From contig OZ286477.1 in NCBI GenBank assembly GCA_965644265.1, positions 56,854,001 to 56,918,000 of the forward strand: a stretch of 64,000 bases of DNA. The letters run 5' to 3'. The stretch is from Glycera tridactyla. Its lineage: Eukaryota. Of this stretch, positions 11,396 through 22,940 are shown one piece after another. The position numbers were made by a program, and so were the translations under genes. Under the pieces are notes generated by a model. The model saw nothing but the letters and a program-made list of their open reading frames with translations, searched no databases and was not told where the DNA came from. The stretch's first letter is position 1. Every line of letters begins with the position of its first letter.

Positions 11396-14300
11396 AACCA
11401 ACCAACCAATCCCCCCACACCCGCCCCGCCCCCTCCCCCACACCCACCACAGAACTCATCCCACCAATCCCCCAACCCCAGCCCCACCTTTCCCCCACTC
11501 ACTCACTCATCTCCCCACCCCAGGCCCTACCTCCCCGACCCCCAGACCCCCCCCACCAATCCCCCCCCCCCCACCCATCCCCTCTCACACACACACCCAA
11601 CCCCATATCTGCGGCCCACCCCCACCCATCTTCCCCACCCCTACTGTCACCCATCCCTGGCCCTTATCCCCCCCCCCCCCCCCCCCCCCGGAACCAACCA
11701 ACCAATCCCCCCACACCCGCCCCGCCCCCTCCCCCACACCCACCACAGAACTCATCCCACCAATCCCCCAACCCCAGCCCCACCCTTCACCTACCCCTGC
11801 ACCCGCCCCCCGGCCCAATACTTCCCCTCAACCCTGGCCCCACCCCCACCCATACATGTGTATGTATAAGAAAGTGAAATGAGGTCCATCTATACTGTGC
11901 TCGAGGGAGCAAATAATCGGATATGCATACTAGTGTATGTATGAGAAAGTGAACTTAGATCCATCTATTTATACAGTGCTTGATGTAGCAGTAGGTGCAT
12001 GAAACTGATTAGACAATTATGTAACACAGCCAAGAACAGAAGAGTCACCGGGAGAGCCTTCCCCAACAATGAAAGGACAGGCGGAGAATCATGCACATTT
12101 CCGTGGTGTCTTATGCAACTCAGGCAGAATGAATGAGTTCAGCTGTCTCAATAAATTCCAAACTCACAAATAAAAAGTCTTCTTCTCCCTCAAAATTTCC
12201 CACCTCTATGAGATGGATTATGAAAAAGAATGCTCCCATGTTGTTGTCCAACTACTGATGCATATGTATACCAAATTTCAAGAATGTAGGTGCAATATTA
12301 GCCGAGTGGGGCTTCAAAGAAAAACTTTAAAGTGTCAGCGACGCCTACGGGACCACTTTGCACGAATAGCAAGGGAAATACATACACTATACAATAAACC
12401 TGCCGATTTCTAGACGAGAGTTCGCATTTATTCGAAGAAATGACCTAAACAGTGGATGTTTTGGCCAATTCTCCTTACGGCTTCACAGCCGGCGATGAGC
12501 AGGAAACCGGAAGTGACGTAGTACTAGGATCTCATGGAGCTTTCGCGCGACACGAAATACATGGAGAAAGCCTGTCAAGGCTAGACATTGTGTTAGAAAA
12601 ACAATTCTGACGAAGCCAATTTCGAAGATAGATTCTTCAAACTCGCCATGTTTATGAAGAACTCCTTTGCAAATGCGATGGTATTCACGGATTTACGATT
12701 GGAAACGTATTTCTCTCACAACACGAGGTTGAACGACGAATTATCGGCCGAAAATCGGCGAAACTCTTGTCTTGCAGATTGACAACTACTCTCGCACATT
12801 TGCGCAGCGAAATACACGACTTATACGTCAAATCCCGTTATACGAAAAATCGTGATGGTGAAATAGTCATCATTCAAGCGTTCGGTGTATCGTTCGTCTG
12901 GTTTGAGCAGCTGAGCGATGTTTAATCCAGATATAATCAACTGCAAACGAAGTGTTCAGCACTCCGCAGCCGCCATGTTTGCTTCGCAGCCTCGTTTCCA
13001 GATCGAGCCGAGACTAGCCGAATCAGCTTCGGCAATGTTCGGCTCGCTTTTTCACGCGTGCACGTGCGCTTTTGGCTCCATTCGGCTGCTAAGCCCCGCC
13101 CCTTTTCTACATCGTCACTTCTCGGTGACCTTCTTCCTCGCGAGCGTGATAGCCAGTTTTCTCGCCACAATCGATATGGATTCACCCTCCATTTGTGAGA
13201 AAAATAAACGTTTGTGCATGAATCCGACTCGCCAGACATGTTCATGAAGGTATTATGTAGTGCTCTGCCGATTTTTCGCGACTTGAATCATGGTAGTAAA
13301 CGTGTGGCGATCGTTCTAGTACAACGCCTCCGGCCGAGTATGGCAGGATGTGTTTCAATGGCGCCCTTTCTTCCCGTAAATTTAGTGTTACGACTATTCT
13401 AATTGAACAAGTACTGATTCTTTCGCAAATCCAAGATGGCGAGCACGTTTGATAGGATGTTTCCCACACACTCGCCACGTTTCTAACACAAATACCAAAT
13501 ATTCGAGGCGCAGGGATGTTTTTCCTATACGATGTCCTGATCACCATTGGCTTTACTCGGGTTATTCGCCGGTAGACGGCTTCTCCATGTGTTCCTAGTC
13601 ATACGTCACAAAATGGCGGCGGTCTCGAATGTAAATAAACAATCAAGGAGCTCGATTTCGCGAATTTTGTTTTGGAATTAAAATACCATTTGGCGATATT
13701 CAGCGGGGACGGCTGGATAGATAGGTGTCAGATAACCTATTATACCAAATTGATTGAGAAAAACAGACATCCATTTAGGCGTCGGTTCCACTTTAACCAA
13801 AACCTTAACCTCAGACCTTCACGCCGGCCGGACGGCCAGACCAACTGCATGATTACAAAGACTCGCATTTAGCTTCGCATGCGAGCCAAAAAACATATGT
13901 ATGTGAATTTCAAGAGTTGAAAACAAGCACATATAATGGGGATGTTGCATGGTGCATTGATGTATCAGGGTTGCATCCAGGATTTTCTGAAATGGGGGCA
14001 TTGGGCCCCTTAAATTTGAGAAAAGGGGGCATTTCTCCACAGGTTGTCCCAAAATGGGTTCACTTAACATGGCATAGTGCAAATATTTTGTTGATTTAGG
14101 GGGCATTGTGGCCCATGATTGCCTCGAAAAGGGGCCCACAATAGAAAAATGCGTGAAATGCCCCCATGCCCCCCTCTGGATGCAACCCTGATGTATGTGT
14201 TGGTATTGACCTGTCAAAATCCAATATAGCCTCACAAATAAGGTCGCATTTAGGAAACCCACATTTTCGAGAGTATGGTAGAGCTATCCATCCTCATTAC

Positions 14301-17300
14301 TTATTCGATCACTCTCAAAATGATTGGCCAGTTACACAGTTCGATGAAGCAAATGTGTCTCCTCCTACTGAAGGCCAATAATAATGTAAGGTTTTCCAAT
14401 CAAGGAGGGGCCTCTAAGCCCTCCTTTTAGCTTGAAGTGGATTCTGGACTGGGCTAGTGCCGCATACGGGCTTTTCCTCCTGGTGCTTGCAATGGTGAGT
14501 GCGTGTGTGATCCGGAGTGCCGGTGGCAGAGGGTGGTACTGTAGTTATTGTAGTAACTTATTATAGCGCCACTTATAGTCGCAAGCCATCGTTTTCAGAC
14601 TTATACGACCGGCGCTCATGAATCATAGCCAGCCACACTATTTCATCATGTACTCAAGCCTTTTATACGTGTTAGAGTTCACACAGGTGGTCGGTTCAGA
14701 AATGCACACATAGGCATCCTGGCAGGAGTGGGGTTCAAACCACCGACTCTAGCATTTGCCGGAGCAGGGATCGAACCGCCAACTCTAGCATACCTAGTGG
14801 TGTGAGGTCAGCGCTCTAACCACTTGAGCCACGCCGACCACCTCTACTGAAGGCCTGTAAGTCGCAGATATATATAGTCATAGCCCTGCTGAGATATTTC
14901 ACAGGGATGTGACTGTCCTGCCTATTTCTAGGTTTCTGAACTGGAATGCATATGGAAGGGAAGAGCACTTTTTGCTGATGATTTTGAATTTTAGATCATG
15001 AAAATCGGACCAGTATTATTGCACAGAGTTTATATGCATTTATAGTAGCCATCTGTTAGCAGTGGTTGGGGTTTCTCGTTACACAAAATCTTGTTGAAAA
15101 ATGGCTCCAGTTAGGTTTTGAGGGGTTTTGCTGTAGAGCCAATCACATCCCTGGATTCAGTGGAAGACACAGCACATTTATCCCAGTGATCTTCATAAGT
15201 TCATGTTTTTTTTTTCAGGACATTTCTAGGCTTCCAAGTAGAGAGTGGGTCAGAGAAGCTGGTCCCGGTGGTTGAAACGATCAATAAATGTCTTGGGGAA
15301 TACCGGTTACCCCCGTACTATAAGGTAAGGCATGTATTCAACCTATAGTGAGAATGTCAAAGATGCCAATCATCAAGTTATTGTAGAGAAACCTGCGACA
15401 AAAGACCACCTCCAACGGGATACATCTTTCTCAGGGTAGCTTTTCTATATATCACATACCGGTAGTCAAATATATCTCTGAGAAACCAACTCTTTTGAGA
15501 GACGACTTTTTGGTGACGTTTAGGGCGGTCTATGGTCGCAGGTTTCACTGTATAAGTGACTACTCTTTTTAGACACAAATTCTTGATACAACTCTGCAAC
15601 ATCAAGATTTCTTGTATCATTCCATTGCAACTGCTGTCACTGTAACTCAGAAATTATACTGCTACAATGAAACCTGCAACAAGAAATCTTCAATGAGAGA
15701 CCACCTCTGAAGGGTGACTTCTTTGACCTGGCAGCTTTCTTATTTGACGTAGGCAAATATACCTCCAATGAGAGACCACTTTTTGGTGAAAACATTATTT
15801 TCCAATTAGAGAAACGTGATTGAATTAATGTTTCCAGTCAATCACATGTGTTGATGACAAGTGTATTGGTTAGCTCAGATCAGCTTTTTGGGTTGGTTGG
15901 TTGGTTGGTGGGTTCTTGTTCTGATGTCATATCTGTGCCGTATGTGTTATATTGCGACGCCCATGCGATGGGCATGGGTGGGATTATTCGAGACTCCTCC
16001 TCCTCCCAGGTCCACAATAGGAGGTAAAAATTTATGAAGTTCACACTGAAGGTGTCATTTCTCTTATTATAAATGTTGACCATGGTTAACCTTTGAACAA
16101 GGTATTTATTTACATGTGTCATTTCTGTAGGTCACTTGGTAATTTTCAGGGATGTGATTGGCTCACAACCAAAAACTCTGAAAACTGACCGAGGATGATT
16201 TTCGTCAGGAATGTGGACAAAGAAACCCTAACCACCGCAATAATTTATGGCCACATATCTGGTCCAATTTTCATGATCTAAAATCCAAAACAATCAGCAT
16301 GAAGTGCTCTTCTCTGTAATATGCATATGGATTGCTGCATTTGCTATCAAAAACCCGGAGATCCGCGAATCTGCCAGATTCTGCGGAACGATCACATCCC
16401 TGAATTTTGGATACTGCATTCTACAGTGAACATGGGATCAGTTCAATGGGCCGTCATTGTTGTTGTTTAGTACATGATTCCTTGTAAACATTGCAGGAGC
16501 CCTCATTCCATGTCAGTCTAGCATGGGCCTTGGGAGATGTCACTGGTCTTATCACAGATGCCGTCCAAGAAAAACTGAAGGCAAGTACAAATTGTTCATT
16601 TGTGGATTAATATTCTATGATCTGGTGACAGCTAACATGTTCTTCTTGGCCCCATAATTAATAACAAACCAGTGATGTCAATTTTCAGGGAATTTGATTT
16701 CCAAAAGTCTCAACAATCAGGCTGGAAGATTCAAATTTGGGGCTTTCCGCAGTATATGTGTATATATGTGGGTGGTTTCAGGAAATTTGGCCAGATTGAC
16801 TTTGTTCATAAATGATACAAGAGATCATGGAAAAGTGCTTGATTTTTGGAGAAAGCCTGAAAGTCGCTAATTCATCATATATTTCATGAGAAATGTGATT
16901 TATGATGAAAGTAATCAGATATTCTTTTATAGACAAATTGAAAATTGCCTGAAACCTCCCGCTTATCACGGCGCGAAGACATCAGAAAAATTAACCTGCC
17001 CACCTGGAAAATCAATCTGCCCTGCTTATACATGTACAGTGAAACCTGTCTGGGGAGACCTCTCTTTTGGGAGACCACCCTCTAATGGGAGACCACTCTT
17101 TATCAGCTCTTCCCTATTTGACATTGTCAAATATACCTCCAATGAGAGACCACCTGTCTTGAGACCGCTTTTTGTTGGCGTTTGGGGCGGTCTCCCAAGA
17201 CAGGTTTTACTGTATATGCAAGTCATTTATAATGAATTTCGACCTATCCACCAGAAAAATCTACCTGCCCGGGCAGGTGGTTATCTATCTCTTCTCACCC

Positions 17301-17624
17301 TGCTTATTCACGAAAAGTATGCATTCTGCAACTTCAAGCGAGTTTGCAACAACTTTCAAGATAATATTTTTTCATCCTATTTCTGGAATTCCAAAAACTT
17401 GTGGAAAATTGGCATCACTCCATGGTCATGATAGCCATGTGCAATATTAAGACTTGACATACATCGAATAATAGCAGGAGGGATACATTATAGCCTTGAA
17501 TATTTTATCATTTCAGGAGGAAGTGGAAGAATGGTTATCAGTTTATGGAGAAGCAGGAATTTTACAAGTCGAAGGGTTGTGCTGTAAAACTGGGAACAAA
17601 ATCTACAGATTCCCTCTCAGATGA
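5165..17624 (+). CDS. USB1: U6 snRNA phosphodiesterase (2H phosphoesterase), 291 aa. Exons 5165-5346, 7613-7761, 9652-9844, 10468-10521, 15219-15324, 16497-16580, 17517-17624
   Basis: The spliced product has [32 protein letters not shown], first 2H motif [27 protein letters not shown], second 2H motif [10 protein letters not shown], and C-terminal [13 protein letters not shown]. All match the USB1 family in order, and the exon phases are consistent. Confidence 0.95.
5385..6245. repeat. Degenerate (GATT/GGAT)n low-complexity tract
   Basis: Visible; pure (GGAT)n at about 6175-6218. Confidence 0.9.
6403..7318 (-). mobile_element. 5'-truncated Penelope-like retroelement (GIY-YIG endonuclease remnant plus 3' pLTR region)
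   Basis: Minus-strand translation CEKTNCQYC...[35 protein letters not shown]...[20 protein letters not shown] (apparent frameshift near 7190-7230); flanked by a 12-bp direct repeat CTGTGGTTTTAT at 6391-6402 and 7319-7330. Confidence 0.88.
6457..6502 (-). ncRNA. Minimal type I hammerhead ribozyme in the Penelope 3' region
   Basis: CAUCG-CC-CUGAAGA-GGUUC(UGAA)GAACC-GAAA-GAUCU-C-GG-AU-CGA: intact core, 5-bp stem II, palindromic stem III (AGAUCU), CUC cleavage triplet. Confidence 0.8.
7613..7761 (+). CDS. USB1: USB1 exon 2
   Basis: [12 protein letters not shown]...[20 protein letters not shown]; donor G|GTATGC. Confidence 0.93.
8546..8786. mobile_element. Tc1/mariner-type MITE(s), TA-flanked CAGTGAAACC termini
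   Basis: TA-CAGTGAAACCTGCGATGAGAGACC ... GGTCTCTCATCGCAGGTTTCACTG-TA, with an internal extra terminus near 8637. Confidence 0.8.
9235..9397. mobile_element. Tc1/mariner-type MITE (AAAGACCAC family; related copies at ~4060-4212, 10580-10743, 22040-22199, 51867-52050)
   Basis: TA-CAGTCGAACCTG...CAGGTTTTGACTG-TA with internal TATAAAGACC/GGTCTTTATA repeats. Confidence 0.8.
9652..9844 (+). CDS. USB1: USB1 exon 3
   Basis: [15 protein letters not shown] (first catalytic HxT); AG/GT ends. Confidence 0.92.
10468..10521 (+). CDS. USB1: USB1 exon 4
   Basis: [17 protein letters not shown]; acceptor ttccAG, donor AG|GTAAGT. Confidence 0.88.
11188..11850. repeat. C-rich low-complexity tract with a ~305-bp tandem duplication, next to an N gap
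   Basis: 11280ff is repeated at 11585ff; poly-C runs. Confidence 0.85.
12331..13792. mobile_element. Kolobok-like non-autonomous DNA transposon (TTAA target) in USB1 intron 4
   Basis: TTAA|AGTGTCAGCGACGCCTA ... TAGGCGTCGGTTCCACT|TTAA (13/17 TIR match); CpG-rich interior; no transposase ORF seen. Confidence 0.72.
13966..14190. mobile_element. MITE with perfect 15-bp TIR CAGGGTTGCATCCAG and 6-bp TSD ATGTAT
   Basis: The TIRs and the flanking duplication are directly visible. Confidence 0.85.
14377..14843 (-). mobile_element. Full-length tRNA-derived SINE
   Basis: Minus strand: A box TGGCTCAAGTGG, B box GGTTCGATCCC plus a duplicated GGTTTGAACCC, (ATT)n 3' tail; 12-bp TSD CTACTGAAGGCC at 14365-14376 and 14844-14855. 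Confidence 0.88.
15219..15324 (+). CDS. USB1: USB1 exon 5
   Basis: [35 protein letters not shown]; donor AAG|GTAAGG. Confidence 0.9.
16147..16402. mobile_element. CAGGGATGTGATTG-TIR MITE family (other copies or fragments near 9040-9218, 14900-15155, 19048/20331-20460, 34245-34455, 35537-35814, 38110-38364, 40370-40597)
   Basis: TIR CAGGGATGTGAT..ATCACATCCCTG; 6-bp TSD AATTTT here and AACTAG at the 38110 copy. Confidence 0.82.
16497..16580 (+). CDS. USB1: USB1 exon 6
   Basis: [14 protein letters not shown] (second catalytic HxS); donor AAG|GCAAGT (GC type). Confidence 0.88.
17035..17213. mobile_element. Tc1/mariner-type MITE (GAGACC family; reverse copy at ~37708-37892)
   Basis: TA-CAGTGAAACCTGTCT...AGACAGGTTTTACTG-TA. 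Confidence 0.8.
17517..17624 (+). CDS. USB1: USB1 exon 7 (terminal)
   Basis: EEVEEWL...[15 protein letters not shown]; acceptor tttcAG. Confidence 0.9.
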   Translation, partial: EEVEEWLSVYGEAGILQVEGLCCKTGNKIYRFPLR

Positions 17625-19078
17625 TATAAATTGTATTTATTACCTTTGACTTGTTATATCGATGTACTACTGAGCTGTATTTCTATTGCTTTGTCTCTAT
17701 GGACGCCCTCTCTCGATGCTATGATAATGTACAGGGTTTATGTGCGAGTCCAGAAATTAGAAAATCATATTCAAGAACTGTGGATGAGTACTTGGCTACA
17801 GGCATATAGTGTTAGTAGAGTACTTAGCCTATACTGTTATCTGTGTACAGTGAAACCTGTGACAAGAGACCACTCTGAATGTCACCAAGCAGTTGTCTCC
17901 TCAGAGGTATATTTGACTATCTCAAATAGAAAAGCTGCCTTGCAAAAGTGGTCTCCCATCAGAGGCATTCTCTTGTCGGGGGTCTTGCCGCATGCTTGGT
18001 TGTATATTCCCCAGGCAGATGAACAGGCCTGCTGATGAATGGATTTGTCAAGTCTCGTGAAGTTCTTGAGGACACTGGACCGTAAACCACTACATTTACA
18101 TTTGCATAAATCAGTAGGTCAGTGATGTCGATATGAAGCAAATTTTCGGAAATATGGAAACATTTTCTGAAAATACCCTCACATATCAAAAGTATTTGTC
18201 CGAAACTACCGACCAGATTTTAGCAATATCCGAAATTATTTTTCACCCAAATTTCGGATTTTCAAATTTTGGGGGAAAATTGGGACCACTGGTAGGTGGA
18301 GAGAAAAAGTTTGATAGGTGGAAGTTTGACATACTGGGTTGCTAGGAATTTGGGGAGACAGTGACACTGATTTTTGGCTTCAACTGCAGTCGAAGCCTCA
18401 TACGGGGCAAAGTTTCCGATTGCATTGTTGGATTTACTGGGGATGGTGCACCGGATCAGACATGTCGATTGGCTGAGATCTCAGATATCTTCATTCACAT
18501 AACAGGATCAACCAATCAAATCACATAATTGCTGGGTGCATTGGCTTTGAGGGTGCAATATTAAATTTAAGCCATTCTGAGTGAGACACTGCAATTTGAA
18601 AATATTCAATCTGAGGACTGCCAGATGGAATCCTATATTGATAATTTTTTGCGTGGGAAATATTGCATATTGTTTGCAGTTATATCAGTTTGAACTACAT
18701 TCAAGATGCATGTGAAACCAACTCTCTACTGAGGCCACCTTTTCCAAAGATATACAGGGTTTCCTTTTGAAAGAAAACTTTACTTGTATTTGGATGTATA
18801 GTTCTTTCCCAGCAACAATTTATTATTACTAATCCTTGTTGTGTTCAGTGATCAGCTTTCAAATGTTTGTACATTTATGTGAGCATGTGAAAGTGGATAT
18901 GAGCAAATAAATTATTTATATATTCATACATATTGTGCCATGTCCTGAAAAGATGTATTGTGTACATCTGGTACCTATGCTTTTAGACATCAAATGTTTC
19001 TGCATGGATTTTGAAGATGTGAGCTGTTTGGTGAATTAGGCAAGTGCAGGGATGTGATTGGTTCACAACAAAACCCCC

Positions 19079-20330
19079 AACAAGGCCACAGAGAGGCAAG
19101 ATACCCTGCACACGGGAGCACAGTGGGTAACCCATATCGCACACGGGAGCACAGTGAGTAACCCACATCGGAAAAGGTCATTGAGATGTTTGGTTGGCTA
19201 TGTAATGAGTCACTGGATCACTGTGTAGAATAAGAAAATCTAACAGTAGCACCTGAAACATTTACCTCGACCTATGACTTAGGGTCAAATGCATTGTAAG
19301 TGAGATGTTGTAACATTGGTTGATGATCCCAGATCAGTTTGATCTTTATGCAACAATCCTAGCCTGATTTATTATGTGAGATGCAGAAATTTACAAATAG
19401 CTCCTATGGCCTTGACCTTTGACCCAGAGTCACCTGCATCGAATGGGAGATATCTCACCATTGGGTCATTAAGTTGTGGAACTTTGGTGCATATCAATCA
19501 ATGCAAGCTTGAGCTGGAGTGTAAAATGAGAAAATTTATGAATAGCTCCTGTGACCTTTACCTTTGACCTGGGGTCACATGCAACAAAAGGGAGGTGGCT
19601 CACCATTGGGTCATTACTTTGTGTGAGTTTGTTGCATATCCATTGAGGCTAGCCTGAGTTAGAGCGTAAAATAAGAAAATCTATAAATAGCTCCTGTGAC
19701 CTTGACCTTTGACCTAGGGTCACATGCAATGAGGGGACAGTGGCCCACCATTAGGTCATTACTTTGTGTAAGTTTGGTGCATATCCATTGAGGCTAGCTT
19801 GAGTTAGAGCATAAAATAAGAAAATCTATAAATAGCTCCTGTGACCTTGACCTTTGACCTAGGGTCACATGCCACGAAAGTGAGGTGGCCCACCATTGGG
19901 TCATTACTTTGTGTGAGTTTGATGCATATCCATTGAGGCTAGCTTGAGTTAGAGCATAAAATGAGAAAATCTATAAATAGCTCCTGTGACCTTGACCTTT
20001 GACCTAGGGTCACATGCAATGAAAGGGAGGTGGCCCACCATTGGGTCATCACTTTGTGTAAGTTTGGTGCATATCCACTGAGGCTAGCTTGAGTTAAGAG
20101 TGTAAAATAAGAAAATCTATAAATAGCTGCTGTGACCTTGACCTTTGACCTTTGGGTACAAAAATCAAATTCTGGAATGCGATTTTTACATAGATCACAG
20201 ATATGAAGTTTTATGGAAATTGGACCAGCCAATCCAAAGTTATTGCATGAAATGTGAGTGGACGGACGGACGGACGGACGCCGGAGGTGAAACTATAATA
20301 CCCCGCTTTTTCAAAAGCGGGGTATAAAAA
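19079..20330 (+). mobile_element. HINE/Helentron-like element with an internal 145-bp satellite, nested in a CAGGGATGTG MITE
   Basis: AATAGCTCCT recurs at 19396, 19541, 19686, 19831, 19976 and 20122; then (GGAC)n and a perfect 13-bp hairpin ATACCCCGCTTTT-TC-AAAAGCGGGGTAT plus AAAAA; the host MITE resumes at 20331. Confidence 0.78.
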
Positions 20331-22940
20331 CCTGACCGGAGGAACTCTATCAAGATTTTGTGGACCAACAAACCCAACTGCTGTCTAATGGCTACTGTAA
20401 TTGAATAAAAACTGTTTGCTCCATCTCCACTAATTCTGGCCCAATTTTATAAGTCGAAATAATCAGTATTGAATTCCCTCTTCTGTCATATGCATGGCTT
20501 ATGCCCCGCAGTGTGTGACACTGGAGGGGCATTATGTTTTCGAATCGACCTTGGTGTGGGTGGGTGTCTGGGTGGGTGATAGATGGTTTCCGACCAATAA
20601 TTCAAAAAGTTTCAGGACTAGCCTTTTCAAACTTGGTGTACAGACTCTCCTCGGGCATGGCAAGACACCTTTTGATTTTGAGGCAGCCATCTTGAATTTT
20701 GAGGTCACTGAGACTCAAATTTTTAGGGTTAGCCTTCTCAAACTCAGTGCAGACTCTTCTAGAGGAGGCTAAAACACCATATTGAATTTCAACGAGTGGA
20801 AAAAAGTCATAACGGTTTCCGGATGATAACTTCAAAAGTTTCGGGGTTAACCTCCTCAAACTTGGTGTACAGACTCTCTCGGCTATGGCTTTTTGGTTTG
20901 TCATCTTGAATTTCAATGTCATTCAGTTTGAAAAGGTATTAGTTTTGTTCTTTTTCACTTCTTGGTGAATTTTCCTTGCACTCAGCGGGCCATTCACACT
21001 CACTGAGTGCATATAGTTTTATTTGTGATTGAAAATACTGAAATCCACAGATCCACAGAGGGATAGCGTCCCTGGACATGAGACAAACCAAACAGATGAT
21101 TTTGAATGATAGTGTAATTTGAAGAGTATCACACTTACTGGCATATTCTGCGTGTGATTGATACACTACAAAAGTAATGCAAACACAAATCATTTTATAC
21201 AAAAATTTATTCTGATTACTCTCAAATATAATCATATATTCTGATAGTCATGATTATCAATGATGAATGAACATATACACCATACTCATAATAATAATTT
21301 ACATTGTTGCTATGGCAATAAACTGCTGAAGTACTCTCAAGAAAACTCATGCATTCATACAATAATAATCCAATAACATCACACATACATTCTTCGGTCT
21401 TTCATACTCCAGTACAGTAACACATGAAATTGGTTGTGATCAGGACAAGTAGTGATAACCAGGAGAAAGTTTGGTGGTGGCGCAAACAGATAGCAATCCT
21501 GGCAGACCGTGGGGTGTGCGCTTACGACAGGATTTCGCCTAGCACAGGTTTACACTGAAGCAGGTTTTACTGTACATCATATTATCTCCAACATAAATCA
21601 CTGATTGGAGGGGGCTCACCCTGAACTCTTGGGGCTAATTTGGAAATGTCAACCACTACAATTTGGGGAGAAGTGATCACTCTCTTCCGCCAAGATTTCT
21701 GCATTTTGAAGGTAAGGCTACTCTGCAAAATTAAGATTCTCATCTTTACATTACAAATCCTGGCACTGTTACTCTTGATAATTGTATCACATTTTTTTTG
21801 CTAATTGAAACCTATAGAAGATGTGGATCAAGAGCTATCACTGAAACAAATGATATAGACCATACATGTTTCATCTCAGGATCACCATATGTGACTATTT
21901 CACAAGTATGGAAGTACTGCTATGGACATAAAGTGTCCACCAGCAGGATAATTACAGACTCAACGATAAAAGTTCTGTACATAATTCAATGTCCTCTGAA
22001 AATTGGCTTTCAGATACAACTTGGTCATATACACATACTAGTCGAACCTCCTCTAAAGACCACCTCTCTATAAAGACCACCCTAAGCTGCGACCATGGTG
22101 GTAATTTCAACAGTAAATGACCTCTATAAAGACCACCTCCATATAAAGAACACTTTTTGATGCAACCGAAGGCGGTCTTTATAGAGAGGTTTGACTGTAT
22201 TTGAAAAACAGACAAGAGAAAACTCGCATTCATGCTGATACATGCAAAACAATTGTAAGATACTGTTTTTTTCTCCACTTTTATACTTGAGCTGATCAAT
22301 GGCCCATTCAACAAAGGGCAAATGCACATGGGAATGGTAAGATACTTCTCGTGTTTGGAAATAAACACCTAACTGATAGATTCGGTTTGGTTTGGTTTGG
22401 TTGAGGTTCAACGATATGTATCAACCCAGAGGATAATGTATGCGGTGTCCCTGGTAAAATGAAAGCTAGATGTTCTCTCCCCTGTATGCATCACTCTCAC
22501 AAACCATGAACATGTCAGAGAAAGAGTCATTCTCAGAAGAAACCTGAAATTCAGCCTTGACATACAATCACACATGATGGAGAGAATTGAGATAACGGTC
22601 TGGGAGAAAGTCAGACATGAACAGAACATTGTCAGACAATGGACAATGCAAGTCCTGACAAATTATTTGATTTGGCTGGAAACTGCACAAAATTAGCGCT
22701 CTCAGCTGTGATGGTTTTCTTGGGATGAAGTACTGAGAGTAACCAAACCATGTTCAAATGCATTCACACCTTATTCAAATGAGCACAGCAATCTGCCATT
22801 ACAGGAAAATAATCCACATTCAATGCTCAGATTTATAGAATGGGATTCTGCATAAGCTAGCCACAGCCTTAGCAACATACCCAGTTTCCCAGGCAAATGC
22901 ATCCTTGAAAATATCAGCCTACTGTGCTGTACATGAGAGG

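Noticed and set aside
10904-11882. Long Pro/His-rich ORFs (291-321 aa) resembling extensin or formin
   Set aside because: They span an N gap and a C-rich low-complexity duplication, are open in all three frames, and lie inside a USB1 intron; artefact
12918-13547. Several 60-109 aa ORFs in the CpG-rich Kolobok-like element
   Set aside because: No THAP, DDE or other motif recognised; ORFs of this length are expected in GC-rich DNA
14760-14843. tRNA gene
   Set aside because: Only A/B boxes without a proper cloverleaf; it is the head of a TSD-flanked SINE
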